A stretch of 64,000 nt of DNA from an uncultured bacterium (GCA_963801165.1 CAWDDT010000005.1:416001-480000), one strand, 5' to 3'; numbered from the stretch's first letter, positions 27,451 through 39,200 are shown. Made by a program: numbers and translations. The notes: generated by a model not told the origin, from the letters alone.

Positions 27451-27789
27451 GGAGGCGGGCTTGAGAGGTTCGTATCCTGGTTCCGTTCTCGTGATGCTCG
27501 ATCTCGACACACGCTGTTCGATCGACAGGCGGCGTTGCCCGCCTCCGTTGGCCGGTAGCAGGACGAGGCGGGGTCACTAATCGTCGCCGTGTGGGCGTAC
27601 GAGAGCCGGGAGAGCGACGAGACCATCCGGGACCGGGTGCGCTTCGACCCCGCGTCGATCCGGGCGAGGACGGTGCGCCGGGAACGATACGATCCGTTGT
27701 TCATCTCCAGCGAGGAGCATCTCATGGAATCGACGGTCCTGCTGGAATGGACCGAACTGCGACACCTCGGGTGACCGACCGTGCCGTGC

Positions 27790-28034
27790 TCAGTCGGCGA
27801 GATGCTCCGAAATGATCTCGACGGTTGCTCGGGCCTATCTCGAGACCAGGCGGCTCGTTCCCGCTGACGCCCGCACCCTATATACGCCGCCGCACCCTCG
27901 ACGAGCCTGTACTCGATGATCTCGGATCCATCGGGGTCGACGACCCAATACCGCTGCAGCCCTGCTGCGGCGCATTTGTGTGCCTTGCGGAGAAGGTCCG
28001 CAGCTCGGTCCGTCGACAGAACCTCGATCGCTGG
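27790..28034 (-). pseudogene. Uma2 (DUF820) endonuclease-like remnant
   Basis: PAIEVLSTDRAADLLRK...AGLQRYWVVDP is the C-terminal half of a Uma2 protein. The N-terminus is missing and the tail (ATVEIISEHLAD*) is in another frame. Confidence 0.65.
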
Positions 28035-28216
28035 GAAACGCCGGTCATCATCACCCGCCGGGAAGGCTTCAATACGGTGTCGTTTGGGGAGCAACGAGGA
28101 CCAATCACCGGACCCTTGCCCGCCCGTGTCCGGACAGCCAAGCGGGCGTACCGGTGTCTGCGGGTTCCGGTTCTGACCATCGATTTCGTGTCATACCCGC
28201 TTGGTACGTTGTCTTC

Positions 28217-29326
28217 ATGTTGTTCACGGATCCTGATCTGGTTACAGATTTCAAGACCGAGTTGGCGGAGAACTCTGCCGAGATCGCCCGGCTCGAGGCG
28301 CGGCGGTTGACCCTACTGAACCAGCTGCAACGCGCCGGCGCCGCCGAAGCCGGCGGGGCCAGAACGATGGTGGACTGGACGGCAACCACGCTCGATGTGA
28401 CCCATCGCCACGCCCAACAGTTGGTCGCTGCGGCCAACAACCTGTGTCGCAAGGACCCGTACCTGTTCGAACAACTCGAAGACGGCGAGATCAGTTTCGA
28501 CCGCGCCATGACCACTCTGACGCTGATGGGGGCCGATGCCCCGATGGGTGTCGTTGACCTAAGCCTGGACCTCGATCTGGCTGCGGTGAACCGGCTCATC
28601 AACCAGTACCGGCGCATCACCCACAAAGACGAACAGCAAGCTTTCAACGATCGCCACTTCTCGATACAACCGACCCTGGACAACTCGATGTGGCGAGGCT
28701 CCCTCGAGCTCCCGGCAGTCGAGGGCTCCATCGTCGACCAAGCCATCGCGGCAAAGGCAGATGAACTACGGCAGCTCCCCGGCGGCGACCACTACACCCG
28801 CAGCCAACTCAACGCCGACGCTCTCGTGATGATCTCCCAAGACTCCCTCACCAACAACGAGGAAGCCACCTCTGGTGGGGTCGCGGCTACGGTGTTTGTC
28901 GACCTCGACCGTGCCAACGGCACCGGTGGCGAGCTGGGTGTCGAACTGCAATACGGACCCAGGGTCGGACCGAACGTACTCGACGAGGTCCTATGCGGCG
29001 GCACCGTCCGCGTGGTCGGCTTGGAGGACGGCCAACCGGTGGTGACCTCCCACGCGGCGTCAGCGATACCACCTGCGATGCGCGACTTTGTCGCCTGGCG
29101 TGACAAAGGCTGCGTCGTCAAAGGTTGCCACAGCCGCTACCGGCTCCAGATCCACCACATCAAACATCGTGCTCACCACGGGGATCATGATCCATCGAAC
29201 CTCGCCGTGTTGTGCTGGTTTCACCATCACATAGCCATCCACCAAACCGGGTTCTCCATCGACGTGAGCGACCCGCCAAGCTGTCGGAGACTCATCCCAC
29301 CCGGCCATGGATCCGACCCGCCTTAG
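28217..29326 (+). CDS. DUF222 (REP13E12-like) HNH endonuclease
   Basis: QLNADALV, RDKGCVVKGC, QIHHIKH, HDPSNLAVLCWFHH and terminal DPP. Leaderless start: TACGTT, 6 nt, ATG. Confidence 0.88.
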   Translation: MLFTDPDLVTDFKTELAENSAEIARLEARRLTLLNQLQRAGAAEAGGARTMVDWTATTLDVTHRHAQQLVAAANNLCRKDPYLFEQLEDGEISFDRAMTTLTLMGADAPMGVVDLSLDLDLAAVNRLINQYRRITHKDEQQAFNDRHFSIQPTLDNSMWRGSLELPAVEGSIVDQAIAAKADELRQLPGGDHYTRSQLNADALVMISQDSLTNNEEATSGGVAATVFVDLDRANGTGGELGVELQYGPRVGPNVLDEVLCGGTVRVVGLEDGQPVVTSHAASAIPPAMRDFVAWRDKGCVVKGCHSRYRLQIHHIKHRAHHGDHDPSNLAVLCWFHHHIAIHQTGFSIDVSDPPSCRRLIPPGHGSDPP

Positions 29327-29558
29327 TAGGCGTGACACCACTTCCCCACTGGGTTTCTGTCACCCAGCCTGGTCTCCCGATACCAAGCCATCGCTCAGAT
29401 CTCCGTTCCTCCCGATTCCGGCTGGGTTGGCGCGCTCCGCCACGGACCTATCCGCGGCGACGCTGACGTGTGCCACATACAACGCATCCGGCTTTTCCTT
29501 CAGCGGTTGAATCGCACCGAGCGTGGCTGACGCCACTCCGCCAGCAGCGAGATTCCGG

Positions 29559-30047
29559 TCAGACGTCGTGCTCAGCGATGACCTCAAAACCTGCCCGGGT
29601 GAACACGGTCTCGGAGGGCAGGTTTCCCGTTGTGATGAAAGCCCGCAAGTCGTCGTACCCGTCTGCCCACACCGATGCCGCAGCCCGATCGAGCAACACG
29701 CCGGCCAGGCCGCGGTTCTTCACAGCCGCACGGGTCATGATGTAGCCGACCATCGGCGCACCGGCCAACTTGCCCAACAATGCCGCCGCCTGTAGCTCCC
29801 CGTTGCGCTCAGCGACAACAGATGCACCCAGATAGGCTTCATTGTGAAGGTAGCGATCCACCTCGTCGCGGGCGTCGTCGAGGTCCTCGCCCTCGTAGTC
29901 GATCGTGCCCGTGTAGGCGTCGAGCATCAAGGACGCCAACTGCTCAGTGTCCTCCGCCGCCAGCGCTCGGACGGTCACGCCGTCGGGCAGCATACGACCG
30001 GACGGTATGAAGGCAGGCCGGGTCACCAGGTATTCACGTTTCGTCAT
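29559..30047 (-). CDS. GNAT family N-acetyltransferase
   Basis: LMLDAYTGTIDYEGE, KNRGLAGVLL (motif A) and ITTGNLPSE.VF..AGF. Confidence 0.82.
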   Translation of the reverse strand: MTKREYLVTRPAFIPSGRMLPDGVTVRALAAEDTEQLASLMLDAYTGTIDYEGEDLDDARDEVDRYLHNEAYLGASVVAERNGELQAAALLGKLAGAPMVGYIMTRAAVKNRGLAGVLLDRAAASVWADGYDDLRAFITTGNLPSETVFTRAGFEVIAEHDV

Positions 30048-30086
30048 CGGGTGCACCCTACCCACGCCGGCACCTCAGAACACGAT

Positions 30087-30118
30087 GAAGCCCCCACCCG
30101 GATCCGGGTGGGGGCTTC
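30087..30118 (-). terminator. Intrinsic terminator-like palindrome downstream of the 30166-30876 gene
   Basis: Perfect 32-bp palindrome GAAGCCCCCACCCGGATCCGGGTGGGGGCTTC; a second hairpin lies at ~30130-30155. Confidence 0.75.
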
Positions 30119-30165
30119 TGTGTTACCCACGGGTCAAAGGTCGGGGTTTGACCCGCGAGGAGGTT

Positions 30166-30876
30166 CTACACGCCCGCTGTCGTGAGTTCTCTCTCGACTT
30201 CGCGGTCGGTAGCAATGCTGATTTCCTTCTTGCCGTCACCGCTGGACGCCCAGACGAGGCCGGCGCCTGCGATGATCACAACCAGGCCGAGAGCGGCGAA
30301 CAGACCGGACAGGGCCAGAGCCAGCTTCAGCGCAGAGTGCGTGACGGTGCCGACACCGAGCTCACCGATCATGCCCAGCACAACTCCGCTCCATGCTGCG
30401 CTGCGAACCTCAGAGTTCACCGGGTTGCTGCGGTCGAACTGGCTGTAGTACCGACCGGCGACCGCCGCGTCGATCGGGTCGCCCGCCTCGTAATGCACAC
30501 CCTCGTAGTCAATGGGCTCGTCCAGGAAGACGGTCTGGGTGCCGTCGAGGACGTGCGTGCTGATTGTGGCCATCTGGTACATGTACTCGCTCGCCGTGTT
30601 GACCAGCGGATCGCTCGGGTTCATCTCGCTCGGGACGACTTTGTAGCCCCACTCGTTCTCGAGACGGTTCATGATCTCCTCGGCCCCCTCGACGGTGCCG
30701 TGGTCCAGAAGCTGTCCTTCTTCGTTGTAGGTGAGCGTGACACCCTGCGCCTCGCTGAACTTCTGCAGCGAGTGGTAGCCGCTCTGGGTCTGCGAATAGC
30801 CGACTCCACCCGCGACCACGAAACCGAGCCCCAGTACAACGAGTACGTAGCCGAGCTTCTTGAGACGGTCTTTCAT
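30166..30876 (-). CDS. Hypothetical membrane protein (N- and C-terminal TM helices, extracytoplasmic loop)
   Basis: Strong codon bias, GAGG RBS, two or three hydrophobic segments. Confidence 0.82.
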   Translation of the reverse strand: MKDRLKKLGYVLVVLGLGFVVAGGVGYSQTQSGYHSLQKFSEAQGVTLTYNEEGQLLDHGTVEGAEEIMNRLENEWGYKVVPSEMNPSDPLVNTASEYMYQMATISTHVLDGTQTVFLDEPIDYEGVHYEAGDPIDAAVAGRYYSQFDRSNPVNSEVRSAAWSGVVLGMIGELGVGTVTHSALKLALALSGLFAALGLVVIIAGAGLVWASSGDGKKEISIATDREVERELTTAGV

Positions 30877-30968
30877 TTGATACTTCCTCTCGTATCCGAC
30901 CAGACAACTGAGACGAATGCGTATTTACTTACCCAACGTCTCTGGGATTGTGGCGGGAGAGAGCACCA

Positions 30969-31026
30969 GGGCCTATCGGCCATAGCGACGTTCCTGAGGT
31001 CCCGAACGGCCCGGGCCGTTAGTCCC
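30969..31026. promoter_or_regulatory. DosR/DevR-like boxes (GGGAC-N4-GTCCC type)
   Basis: GGGCC-TATC-GGCCA (30969), GTTCC-TGAG-GTCCC (30990) and GGGCC-GTTA-GTCCC (31013), spaced 21-23 bp apart. Confidence 0.5.
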
Positions 31027-31134
31027 TGGAGGGGGATCCAAGAGACCTAGTCGTTTACTACACAATTAGACAAAGTGTGCGCCACGGCCGCTGCAAGCAG
31101 CCCGGAGCTCGCTCAATCGAACTCCACAGGAGCC

Positions 31135-31896
31135 CTACAAACGCGCCCGAAGCCAGGCGATGTCCTTCTTCTGACCGTCGTCATCGCTGGGCGTCTCGAC
31201 CACAACTGGAGCGCCGGCCGCTCGGACCGTCCCAATGATCAGCTCCTCGGGGATCTCACCGCGACCCAGGTTGGTGTGACGGTCTCGCCTGCTGTCGAAC
31301 GGGTCTCGCGAATCGTTGCAATGGACCAGGTCCACCTTCCCGGTAGCGGCAACGATCCGGTCGACCGCCGTCATCAGGTCCTCTCCGGACGCCCACGCAT
31401 GACAGGTGTCCAGACAGACACCAACGTTGTAGCTTCCGATCTCTCCCCACAGCCGCCCGTAGTTGTCCAACTCGCGCACAACGGCATTGCCCCCGCCCGC
31501 CGTGTTCTCGATGAGCAACGGCACCGTCGCCTCGAACGTATCGAGTGCCTTGCGCCAGCGCTCGAAGCCCACAGCGACATCCTCGTCGTCACCGACGTGG
31601 CCGCCGTGCACGATCACCCCCGCGGCGCCCAGCTCCCCGGCGGCCTCGACGGTTTGGGCGAGCGTCTTCCGGCTGGGGATGCGGATCCGGTTGTTCGGCG
31701 ACGCCGGGTTCATGATGTAGGGGGCATGAACGTACAGGGGTATACCCGAGGCGATCATCTCTGCCGCATCTTCCCGCGGCACCGGGTTCTTGTACGACTG
31801 CGGGTTGGAGATGAACATCTGGATGACCTCGGCCCCGCGCTCTCTTGCGTCGGCCAGCGGGTCCGTGGCTCCAACATGTGCTCCGATCAAGATCAT
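31135..31896 (-). CDS. nfo: Endonuclease IV (AP endonuclease)
   Basis: [38 protein letters not shown] and VETP. Confidence 0.93.
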   Translation of the reverse strand: MILIGAHVGATDPLADARERGAEVIQMFISNPQSYKNPVPREDAAEMIASGIPLYVHAPYIMNPASPNNRIRIPSRKTLAQTVEAAGELGAAGVIVHGGHVGDDEDVAVGFERWRKALDTFEATVPLLIENTAGGGNAVVRELDNYGRLWGEIGSYNVGVCLDTCHAWASGEDLMTAVDRIVAATGKVDLVHCNDSRDPFDSRRDRHTNLGRGEIPEELIIGTVRAAGAPVVVETPSDDDGQKKDIAWLRARL

Positions 31897-32459
31897 TGAT
31901 ACTCACCCCGTGGTCGATCCAGCTGCAGCTCGGCGCGGACGACCACGTCCTCAACAGGGGTCTCCCACCCGTCTGCATCCACGTAGAGGGTGTTGCCCCG
32001 CCACACCGCCCCCCACAGACCATCGGGATACTTGCCCCGATCGTCCACGTCGACCAGAAACACAGGGATGGGGACGCGGCCATCGTCGTCGTAGTCGCTC
32101 CCCGAACGAACCGAGACGATGTCCTCCCAGGGGATATCCATCATCGAGAGCGGGCCGGCAACCCTGAGTCGGATCGACTCATCGGTCAGCTCGACCATGG
32201 GTCGCGCCGCCACCAGGCCCCCGAGACCGACCACGATGAGCGAGGCTCCCACCGCGGTGAAAAGCGATCCCCAGGCAATGTCGGTGCGGCGCTCGGTCTG
32301 CCCCTTAGAGGTGAGAACACCGTCTGCGTTTGTCGTCGGCGGATCGGAGAGGCGGTGCAAGCTCACGATGTCCAAAGCGGCAACCAGAAGCAGGATGCCG
32401 GCCGCAGCCATGAGCAACTGGCGAGTCGCCGACCGTTTGGAAGCAAACACCGTCGTCAC
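31893..32459 (-). CDS. Hypothetical two-TM membrane protein with PH-like C-terminal region
   Basis: Two hydrophobic helices and IPWEDIVSV; translationally coupled to pyrE and nfo. Confidence 0.75.
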   Translation of the reverse strand: MTTVFASKRSATRQLLMAAAGILLLVAALDIVSLHRLSDPPTTNADGVLTSKGQTERRTDIAWGSLFTAVGASLIVVGLGGLVAARPMVELTDESIRLRVAGPLSMMDIPWEDIVSVRSGSDYDDDGRVPIPVFLVDVDDRGKYPDGLWGAVWRGNTLYVDADGWETPVEDVVVRAELQLDRPRGEYQ

Positions 32460-33004
32460 GCGGTCACCCCCAGATCCTCGGGCAGCAGCAAAGCCACCAG
32501 CGGTACTCCCAGGCTCGCCAGCAGATCCCGGGCGGCACCATCGCTGCGATCGACGAGGACAATCGCCTGGATGACGTCGACGCCCTCGGCTCGCAGCGCC
32601 TCGATCGCCGCTGCCATCGATGCACCCGTCGTAACCGCATCCTCAACGACCACGGCGCGATCGCCCGCAAAGATCGGCCCGACGAGCCGGCCGCCGGTGC
32701 CGTGCTCCTTCGCCTCCTTGCGCACGCTGAAGGCCCGCAGCGGTCGGTCCGCCAGGACCGCCGTGGCAACCGCAATCGGATCTGCCCCCATGGTCATACC
32801 TCCGACAACGTCTACCGAGTCGTCGAGGACCTCGAGGACACATGCGGCGACGATGCGGGCTCCGGCGCCGTCGAAAGTGGTCTGCCGTCCGTCGACGTAC
32901 CAGCCGGACTCCAGGCCGGAGCTCAACCGGTAGGGGCCTTCTGTGTACAGCCCGTTGGCCTGGAGATGAGCTACTAGTTCGTTTTGGTTCTCCGTGAGAT
33001 TCAT
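32456..33004 (-). CDS. pyrE: Orotate phosphoribosyltransferase
   Basis: LSSG..S.WYVD, GGMTMGADP, VRKEAKEHG and PRPP motif VVEDAVTTGAS. Confidence 0.93.
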   Translation of the reverse strand: MNLTENQNELVAHLQANGLYTEGPYRLSSGLESGWYVDGRQTTFDGAGARIVAACVLEVLDDSVDVVGGMTMGADPIAVATAVLADRPLRAFSVRKEAKEHGTGGRLVGPIFAGDRAVVVEDAVTTGASMAAAIEALRAEGVDVIQAIVLVDRSDGAARDLLASLGVPLVALLLPEDLGVTA

Positions 33005-33019
33005 CAAGGAAAAAACCCC

Positions 33020-33047
33020 TAAAGGATTTGGCAACGCGGACCGATAT
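33020..33047 (+). promoter_or_regulatory. Sigma28 (FliA/WhiG)-like promoter 1
   Basis: TAAA-N16-ACCGATAT. Confidence 0.6.
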
Positions 33048-33054
33048 GGTACTC

Positions 33055-33125
33055 AGACTGGATGCCTTCCTACCTCCCGTCTAAAGCCCAGAAAGAGACC
33101 GCCGCCAGGCGGTCTCTTTCTTTGT
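33055..33125 (+). ncRNA. Candidate small RNA 1 (CU-rich loop hairpin plus terminator)
   Basis: AGAC..GGA/TCC.GTCT stem with a UGCCUUCCUACC loop, then a 14-bp terminator AGAAAGAGACCGCC-GCCA-GGCGGTCTCTTTCT followed by TTGT. Confidence 0.55.
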
Positions 33126-33170
33126 GCACTCTGTCTCCGGAGAATCCCGAGAAAATATCTCAGAAATTCC

Positions 33171-33198
33171 TCAAGGTTCTCATTATCGGGACCGACAT
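33171..33198 (+). promoter_or_regulatory. Sigma28 (FliA/WhiG)-like promoter 2
   Basis: TCAA-N16-ACCGACAT, same spacing as promoter 1. Confidence 0.55.
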
Positions 33199-33205
33199 AT
33201 TCGCT

Positions 33206-33270
33206 CGGGAAGACTCCTTCTCCTTCCGTACTCGCACCGGAGGCCGCCGTCAGGCGGCCTCTAGTGTTTT
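33206..33270 (+). ncRNA. Candidate small RNA 2 (paralog of sRNA 1)
   Basis: GGAAG/CTTCC stem with an ACUCCUUCUC loop, then terminator GAGGCCGCC-GTCA-GGCGGCCTC followed by TAGTGTTTT. Confidence 0.5.
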
Positions 33271-33284
33271 CCGAGGAGCTCCGA

Positions 33285-36200
33285 TCAGCCGGATGGTTCC
33301 CCGTCCTGATCACGCCCGTTATAGATCTGGCTCGCCAGCACCAGACCGATCCCGAACATGGTCAGCAGCGCACCCCATAGAGCCAGGACATCCACGTCGA
33401 ACCCGGTCAGAGGCAAACCGGCCTGAAAGCCGAAGTTGGCGTCGAGGACATGGACGCCACCGGTGAGATCCACCGTGGTAACCATATCGATGACCCCGTC
33501 CCGATCCCACGTAGGTCGCAGATGGCCGGGAACGGATGCGTAGTCGATCTGGACCACATATGTTCCGGGGAACAGATCGTCGAACCCGTACGACCCGCCC
33601 CCGTCCGTGCCGGTGAATGCGACAAGACTGCCGAGCTCGTCATAGAGGTTGACCAGGACCGCGGACACACCATCCTCCCCGGCATCCACCACCCCGTTGC
33701 CGTTTCCGTCGACCCACACCTTCGAACCGACCCGGAGCATCAGGGCGATCCCGAAGTCCGCCGCTGCCGTACCCGCCGGATCCACGACGATTGGCACGTC
33801 CGTGGCAGTTGTCGGGCTCATCCCGAGAGGCACAGACAGAGGATCGATCGCCGTGTCGTATATGCCCGGGGGCAGATTCTCGATCCGCCAGGCTCCGAAC
33901 GCGTCGGTCTCGCCAGCAAGCAAGACGTCGCCCGACTGATCTCGCCAGACCACGTCGATCCCCACCGAGGCGACCCCGACCTCGGCGTCGCCGCGCAACT
34001 CGTCCCCGTCGCGATCGTTCCAAACGGTCCCGCCTATCGTGCCGGTGCCGGTCGTCCTGAAGTCGATGCCGGCAACGGTCGCTCCTGCGCCCAGAGTCAC
34101 CGGAATCGGGTTGTCGCCGGTCAGCGCCAGCCCATCGGGAAGCGAAGCCTCGTCGAACTCGATCTCGTAGAACCCCGACGGCAGACCGGGTACGTGATAC
34201 GTACCGTCGGTTCCGGTCACGGCGGTGAAGACCGCATCGGTACCGGTGGGGGCGTCCGGACCGAGGTACGTGATGGTGACGACCCCGTCCCGGACACCGG
34301 GTTCCCCGGTTTGCCGGTCGCCGTCGCTATCGACATCGATCCATATCGTGCCGGCAGCCGTTCCGTCGCCCCTCAGCCCGAAATCGATCTCGCGATGAGT
34401 CTCGTAGGGGCCGATAACCAGCTGGGTCGCGCCGTCCGTCACCGTATCCGGATCAGATGCGGGACCCACTCCTGGGGGCACGGCGGTACCGTCGATCGCC
34501 ACCAGGCAGGTGCCCGGGGGCAGGTCGGTGAAGAGATAGCCGCCCGTGCCGTCCGTCGTTGCCGCCCAGGTGACGTCGTCACCGGTCGCCAATGACCCGT
34601 CCCACCCCGCCCATGTGAGAGACACCGGGACGTCGCTCATTCCCGGCTCCCGCGGCGACTGCATGCCGTCGGCGTCGAGATCCCAGAAGACGGAGTCGCC
34701 AACGGTACCGCCACCCGCATAACCGAAATCGATCGCGGTCTCGGTATCACCCGGGTTGACACCGGCTATGACCGTCCGCCCGTCCCCGTTGCCGTCGGGG
34801 TCCCCGCTGTTGCCCAGCCCGTCGGCGATGCCCGACACGACGGCAACCTCGAAGTTGCCCGCCGGGAGCCCTGTGGCGACATAGCCGCCGTCGAGGTCGG
34901 AGGTGGTCGCTACCGCAACGAAATCGTCTCCGCCTCCGGCGACCCCGTCGCCTCCCAGCCACGTCACCGTGATACCGGCATCAGGCACCCCGGGCTCCCC
35001 GGCGTCCGTGCTCCCGTCGGCGTCGACGTCGAGCCACACCAGGTCGCCTATCTGCGCGGTGCCGTGATAGCCGAAGTCGCTGCCGTGGTCGGTGGCGCCG
35101 CCCGCCAGGGTGACATCGACACCCGAGTTGTGGTCGCCGTCCTCGTCATAGGTGTTGTCTGCCCGTGAGACGATCACACCGGTGATCGCGATGCGATATG
35201 TCCCCGGTGGCAGGTTGGCAAACAGGTAGCTGCCGTCTCCATCGGTCGCCAGGTCGTAGATCTCGTCGTCGGCCGTACCGATCACGTTGTCGCCGCCGGC
35301 CGCGATCATCTCGACGTCCTGGCCCGGGATCCCCGGCTCATCGGCGCCCACCGTCCCGTCGCCGTTCTGGTCGAACCAGACGAGATCACCGATCGACCCG
35401 GTTCCGTAGTAGCCGAAATCAGCGCTCAGGTGGGTCTCGCCTTCGGCCACAGCAAATAGGGTCCGGTCGTCGAGCACGCCGTCTTCGTCATTGGAACCGA
35501 CCATCCCCGAGGGGAGCGATGCCGGGTCGACAACAACGGCGTAGTTGCCGGGCGGCAGATTCGACACAAGGTAGCTGCCGTCGGGGCCTGTCGTGGCGGT
35601 GAAGGTCTCGTCGTCTGCGGTGGCGTGGATCCCGTCGGGGCCCGCCCAGATCACGTCGACCACCACACCCTCGATCCCGTACTCGGCCGTACCGGGCGCG
35701 CCGTCACCGTCCTGGTCGAACCAGATCAAGTCGCCGATGTCGGCACCGCCGTCGTACCCGAAGTCCTGGGTATCGTCGGTGGCGCCGCCGGCAAGCGTCG
35801 TCACCGATCGGTGCAAGGTCGATAGACCGTCGTAGTCGTGGGTTGGGATTACGCCGGTTGGGAGCGAACCCGGATCGACCGCCACCCCATAACCGCCCGC
35901 GGGCAGACCGGAGACGCCGTAGTTGCCGTCGATATCGGTTGTCGTGTCCAGAGTGAAGTCATCGGCCGTTGCCGGCGTCCCGTCGACACCGAACCATGTC
36001 ACCGCAACGTCGACAGCGGGGAGACCGGGCTCGGCCACGTCCTGGACACCGTCCGAATCGATATCGAGCCAGATGTAGTCGCCGATCGATCCGGTGCCTT
36101 CGTACCCGAAGTCGGCGGTGAGATGGATCTCGTCGACCGTCAGACCCGCGACGAGGCTGACCCCATCGAGGCCTCCGTCTTCGTCATACGTCTGCACCAA

Positions 36201-39200
36201 GCCGCCCGGGACTCCCGAGTCGATCACCACCCGGTAGTCACCCGCCGGGAGGTCCGCGAGAAGAAAGCCGCCGCCGGCACCGGTCGTAGTTGCGAACGAC
36301 AAGTCGTCGCCGTTGCCGAACGTACCGTCGAGACCGGCGTAAGTGAGAGCCACGGCCACTCCCGGGATGCCCGGTTCCCCGGCGTCGAGGGCACCGTTGC
36401 CGTCGAGGTCCCACCAGACGATGTCACCGATTGAGGCCGTACCGTGAAAACCGAAGTCGGCGGTGAGATGGGTCTCCCCGTCGCTGAGGGTGACCACCGC
36501 CGTTGCATCGCTCCCCCCGTCCTCGTCAAACGTGTTGGGGGCGGCCTCAGGAAGCCCCGCGAGGATCGTCACCTGGTACTCGCCGGGCGGCATGTTGGCG
36601 AATGTGTACAGCCCGTCTGAGTCGGTTGAGGTCAAGAACGGCTCGTCGTCACCACCCCCGAGCACACCATCCTCGCCGGGCCATGTCAGCTGAACGGGCA
36701 CGCCGACGATCCCCGGTTCGGTGCCATCCTGCACACCGTCTCCGTCGCGGTCGAGCCACACAAAGTCGCCGAGGGTGCCAGTGCCGGCATAGCCGAAGTC
36801 CTCGTCCGGGTCGACGGTACCGCCCCCAAGGATGACGACTGTGGACCCCGGCGTCCCCACCCCGTCGGTGTCGTACGTGGCCCCCATCCCGGCGGGCACC
36901 GTCGCATCGTCGATGTCGATCGTGTAGATGCCTCCGGGGAGACGGGAGATCAGGAACCCGCCGGAGCCGTCTGTCGCCGTCGTGTAGACGACGTCGTCTC
37001 CGCCCGGAACACCGTCCAGGCCGAGCCACGTGACGGTCAGCGTGACGCCCTCCAAGCGATACTCGGCGCCGTCGAGCATCCCATCCCGGTCGCTGTCGAA
37101 CCAGACCGTGCCACCGATGCTCCCGCTTCCGGTGTAGCCGAAGTCGACGTCGAGCTTGTCCTCGCTCTCCCCCAGCGGGCCCGGTCCCCAGCCGCCGTCC
37201 GGACTCAGCGTCCCCCCGTCGAGGTCGTATGAGGGGACAAAGCCGGCCGGGATGTCGGAGGCATCCACCACCACGGTGTACGAGCCACCCGGCAGGTGCT
37301 CGACCAGAGCTGAGCCGTCGCTTGCAGTGGTCACGAGATGCGGCTCGTCGTCGCCGCTGACCACCCCATCGAGACCCAGATACGTCATTGTGAGATCGAC
37401 GCCCGGGAACGGCGGCTCGCCTGCGTCCCACACGCCGTCGGCGTCGACGTCGAACCACACTGCGCTCCCGATGGACGCCAGATCGAGCTCGACTTGCACC
37501 GTATCGGCCGTCACGTTGTCGTAGTTGCGATACGTGAAGGTCGGATTTGCGGCCCGCGCCGCAGCCGCTACCGCGTAGTACGACGTGATGTCCGCAGTAT
37601 TGGTTGCCTCCCTGCTCCCGTCGTCTTCATCGCTCGAGTTGAGACTCGCATCCACCGTCGCCTCATAGGTTCGGGTCAGCGAAGCGCCGGGGGCGAGCGG
37701 GCCGGGATCGGTCCAGGTGATGGTCCCGCCGACACCATCACCCGGAGTCGGGTCGGCCACCCACACCCCGCCGCCGGGGACGGGCAGCGTGACGGCGAGA
37801 CCTTCGGGCAAGGTGTCGACGATCACCAGGTCATACGCCGCTGATGTGTGGCTTGCGCTCGAGCCCGTTGCGACGATCGTGAACGACAAATTCTCGCCGG
37901 GGACCGCCCGGCGATAGTCGCCATCTCCGACCTGGCCGGCTACGTCCTTGTCGATCGTCAATCGCGGCTCGACAACGGTGACCGTGTCCGTCGCAGGCCC
38001 GACGGCGACATCGAACGAAGACGGGAGCGGTACCGACGACGGCGTTCCCGCGATCTTGTCAGTCTGGTTGCCGTACACCGACGCCGAGCTCACCCGGGTG
38101 TTGCCCGCCACTCCGGAATCCAGCAGGTGCGCCCGGTACTCGATCGTGACGACTCGCTCTTCTCCGGTTGCACTCGAAATGTCGATGTCCCCGAAGAAGA
38201 ACGCGGCAGTCGTCGATCCCGCAATACCGATCTCGGTTGCGGTGACCATCGGGTCACACGGCCCGCCTCCCATGTCACAGTTCGACGAAACGAGCCCGTC
38301 GAACTCCATCCCGGCGGGCAGCGAGTCGATCACAGTGGCGTCATACATGATGGTTCCGGGTGGCATCGTGACGTCGAGGGTGTAGGTGACGACGTCGCCG
38401 ATCGTTGCCGACCCGGGATCGACATCGCGCGACAACCCGGCGAGCGGGGTGTTGAGGATGCGCCCGGCTGAGGCGTGGTAGCCGGTCCCTGCCGAACGCT
38501 CTACCGCGGCGGCCCCGGCTATCGACGAACCATCGACGGTCACCGTGTTGACAAAGGTCGTGCTGACGACAACCGGATCGTCGATCGTGACCTCATACGT
38601 GCGAGCCAGCGACGACGCTGCCGCAAGCGATGCGACCGACCAGGTTATCGTGCCGCCGACGCCGTCACCGGGTGTGCCGTCGGCCGCCCACACGCCGCCG
38701 TCGGGCACCGGGATGGTGAGCGTCACTCCCTCGGGAAGCGTGTCGACGATCTCCAGGTCATGGGCGGTGCCGACGCTGGTGGTCGCCGGGTTCGTGACGG
38801 TGAGGGTGTAATCGACCGTCTCGTTGCCCACAACCGTGCCGTTGTTGCCGATGCTGTCCACGCTCGTCTTGGCGATGCTCAGCAGCGGCTCCACCACAGT
38901 CGTGCTGACCGAGGTTCCCTTCGTGTGAAAAACGGCGTTCTGGTCGAGCCAGGTGAACGCCGCGGAGTTGCCGATCGATGTGCCCCGGCTGTTGGCCGGG
39001 ACATCGATAACCCGCGCCACCAGAGTGAGCACGAGGGTGTCGTTCCCTGTCCCGGGCGCGTTTCTGTAAGACGGATCGGGAAAGTCGATGGTGACGCTGT
39101 CGGCCGCTCCGTCCTCCGTCAACACCAGAGCTTCCTCACCGTCGAAGGTGTGGCTCGACGACACGAGATCGAGGTTGGCAGGGAGATCATCGAACAGCCG

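Noticed and set aside
29330-29558. Short ORFs downstream of the HNH gene
   Set aside because: No recognisable motif or start signal; possibly gene debris.
33005-33125. PyrR-binding attenuator for pyrE
   Set aside because: No PyrR consensus loop on the minus strand; the duplication and promoter motifs point to + strand units. Not fully excluded.
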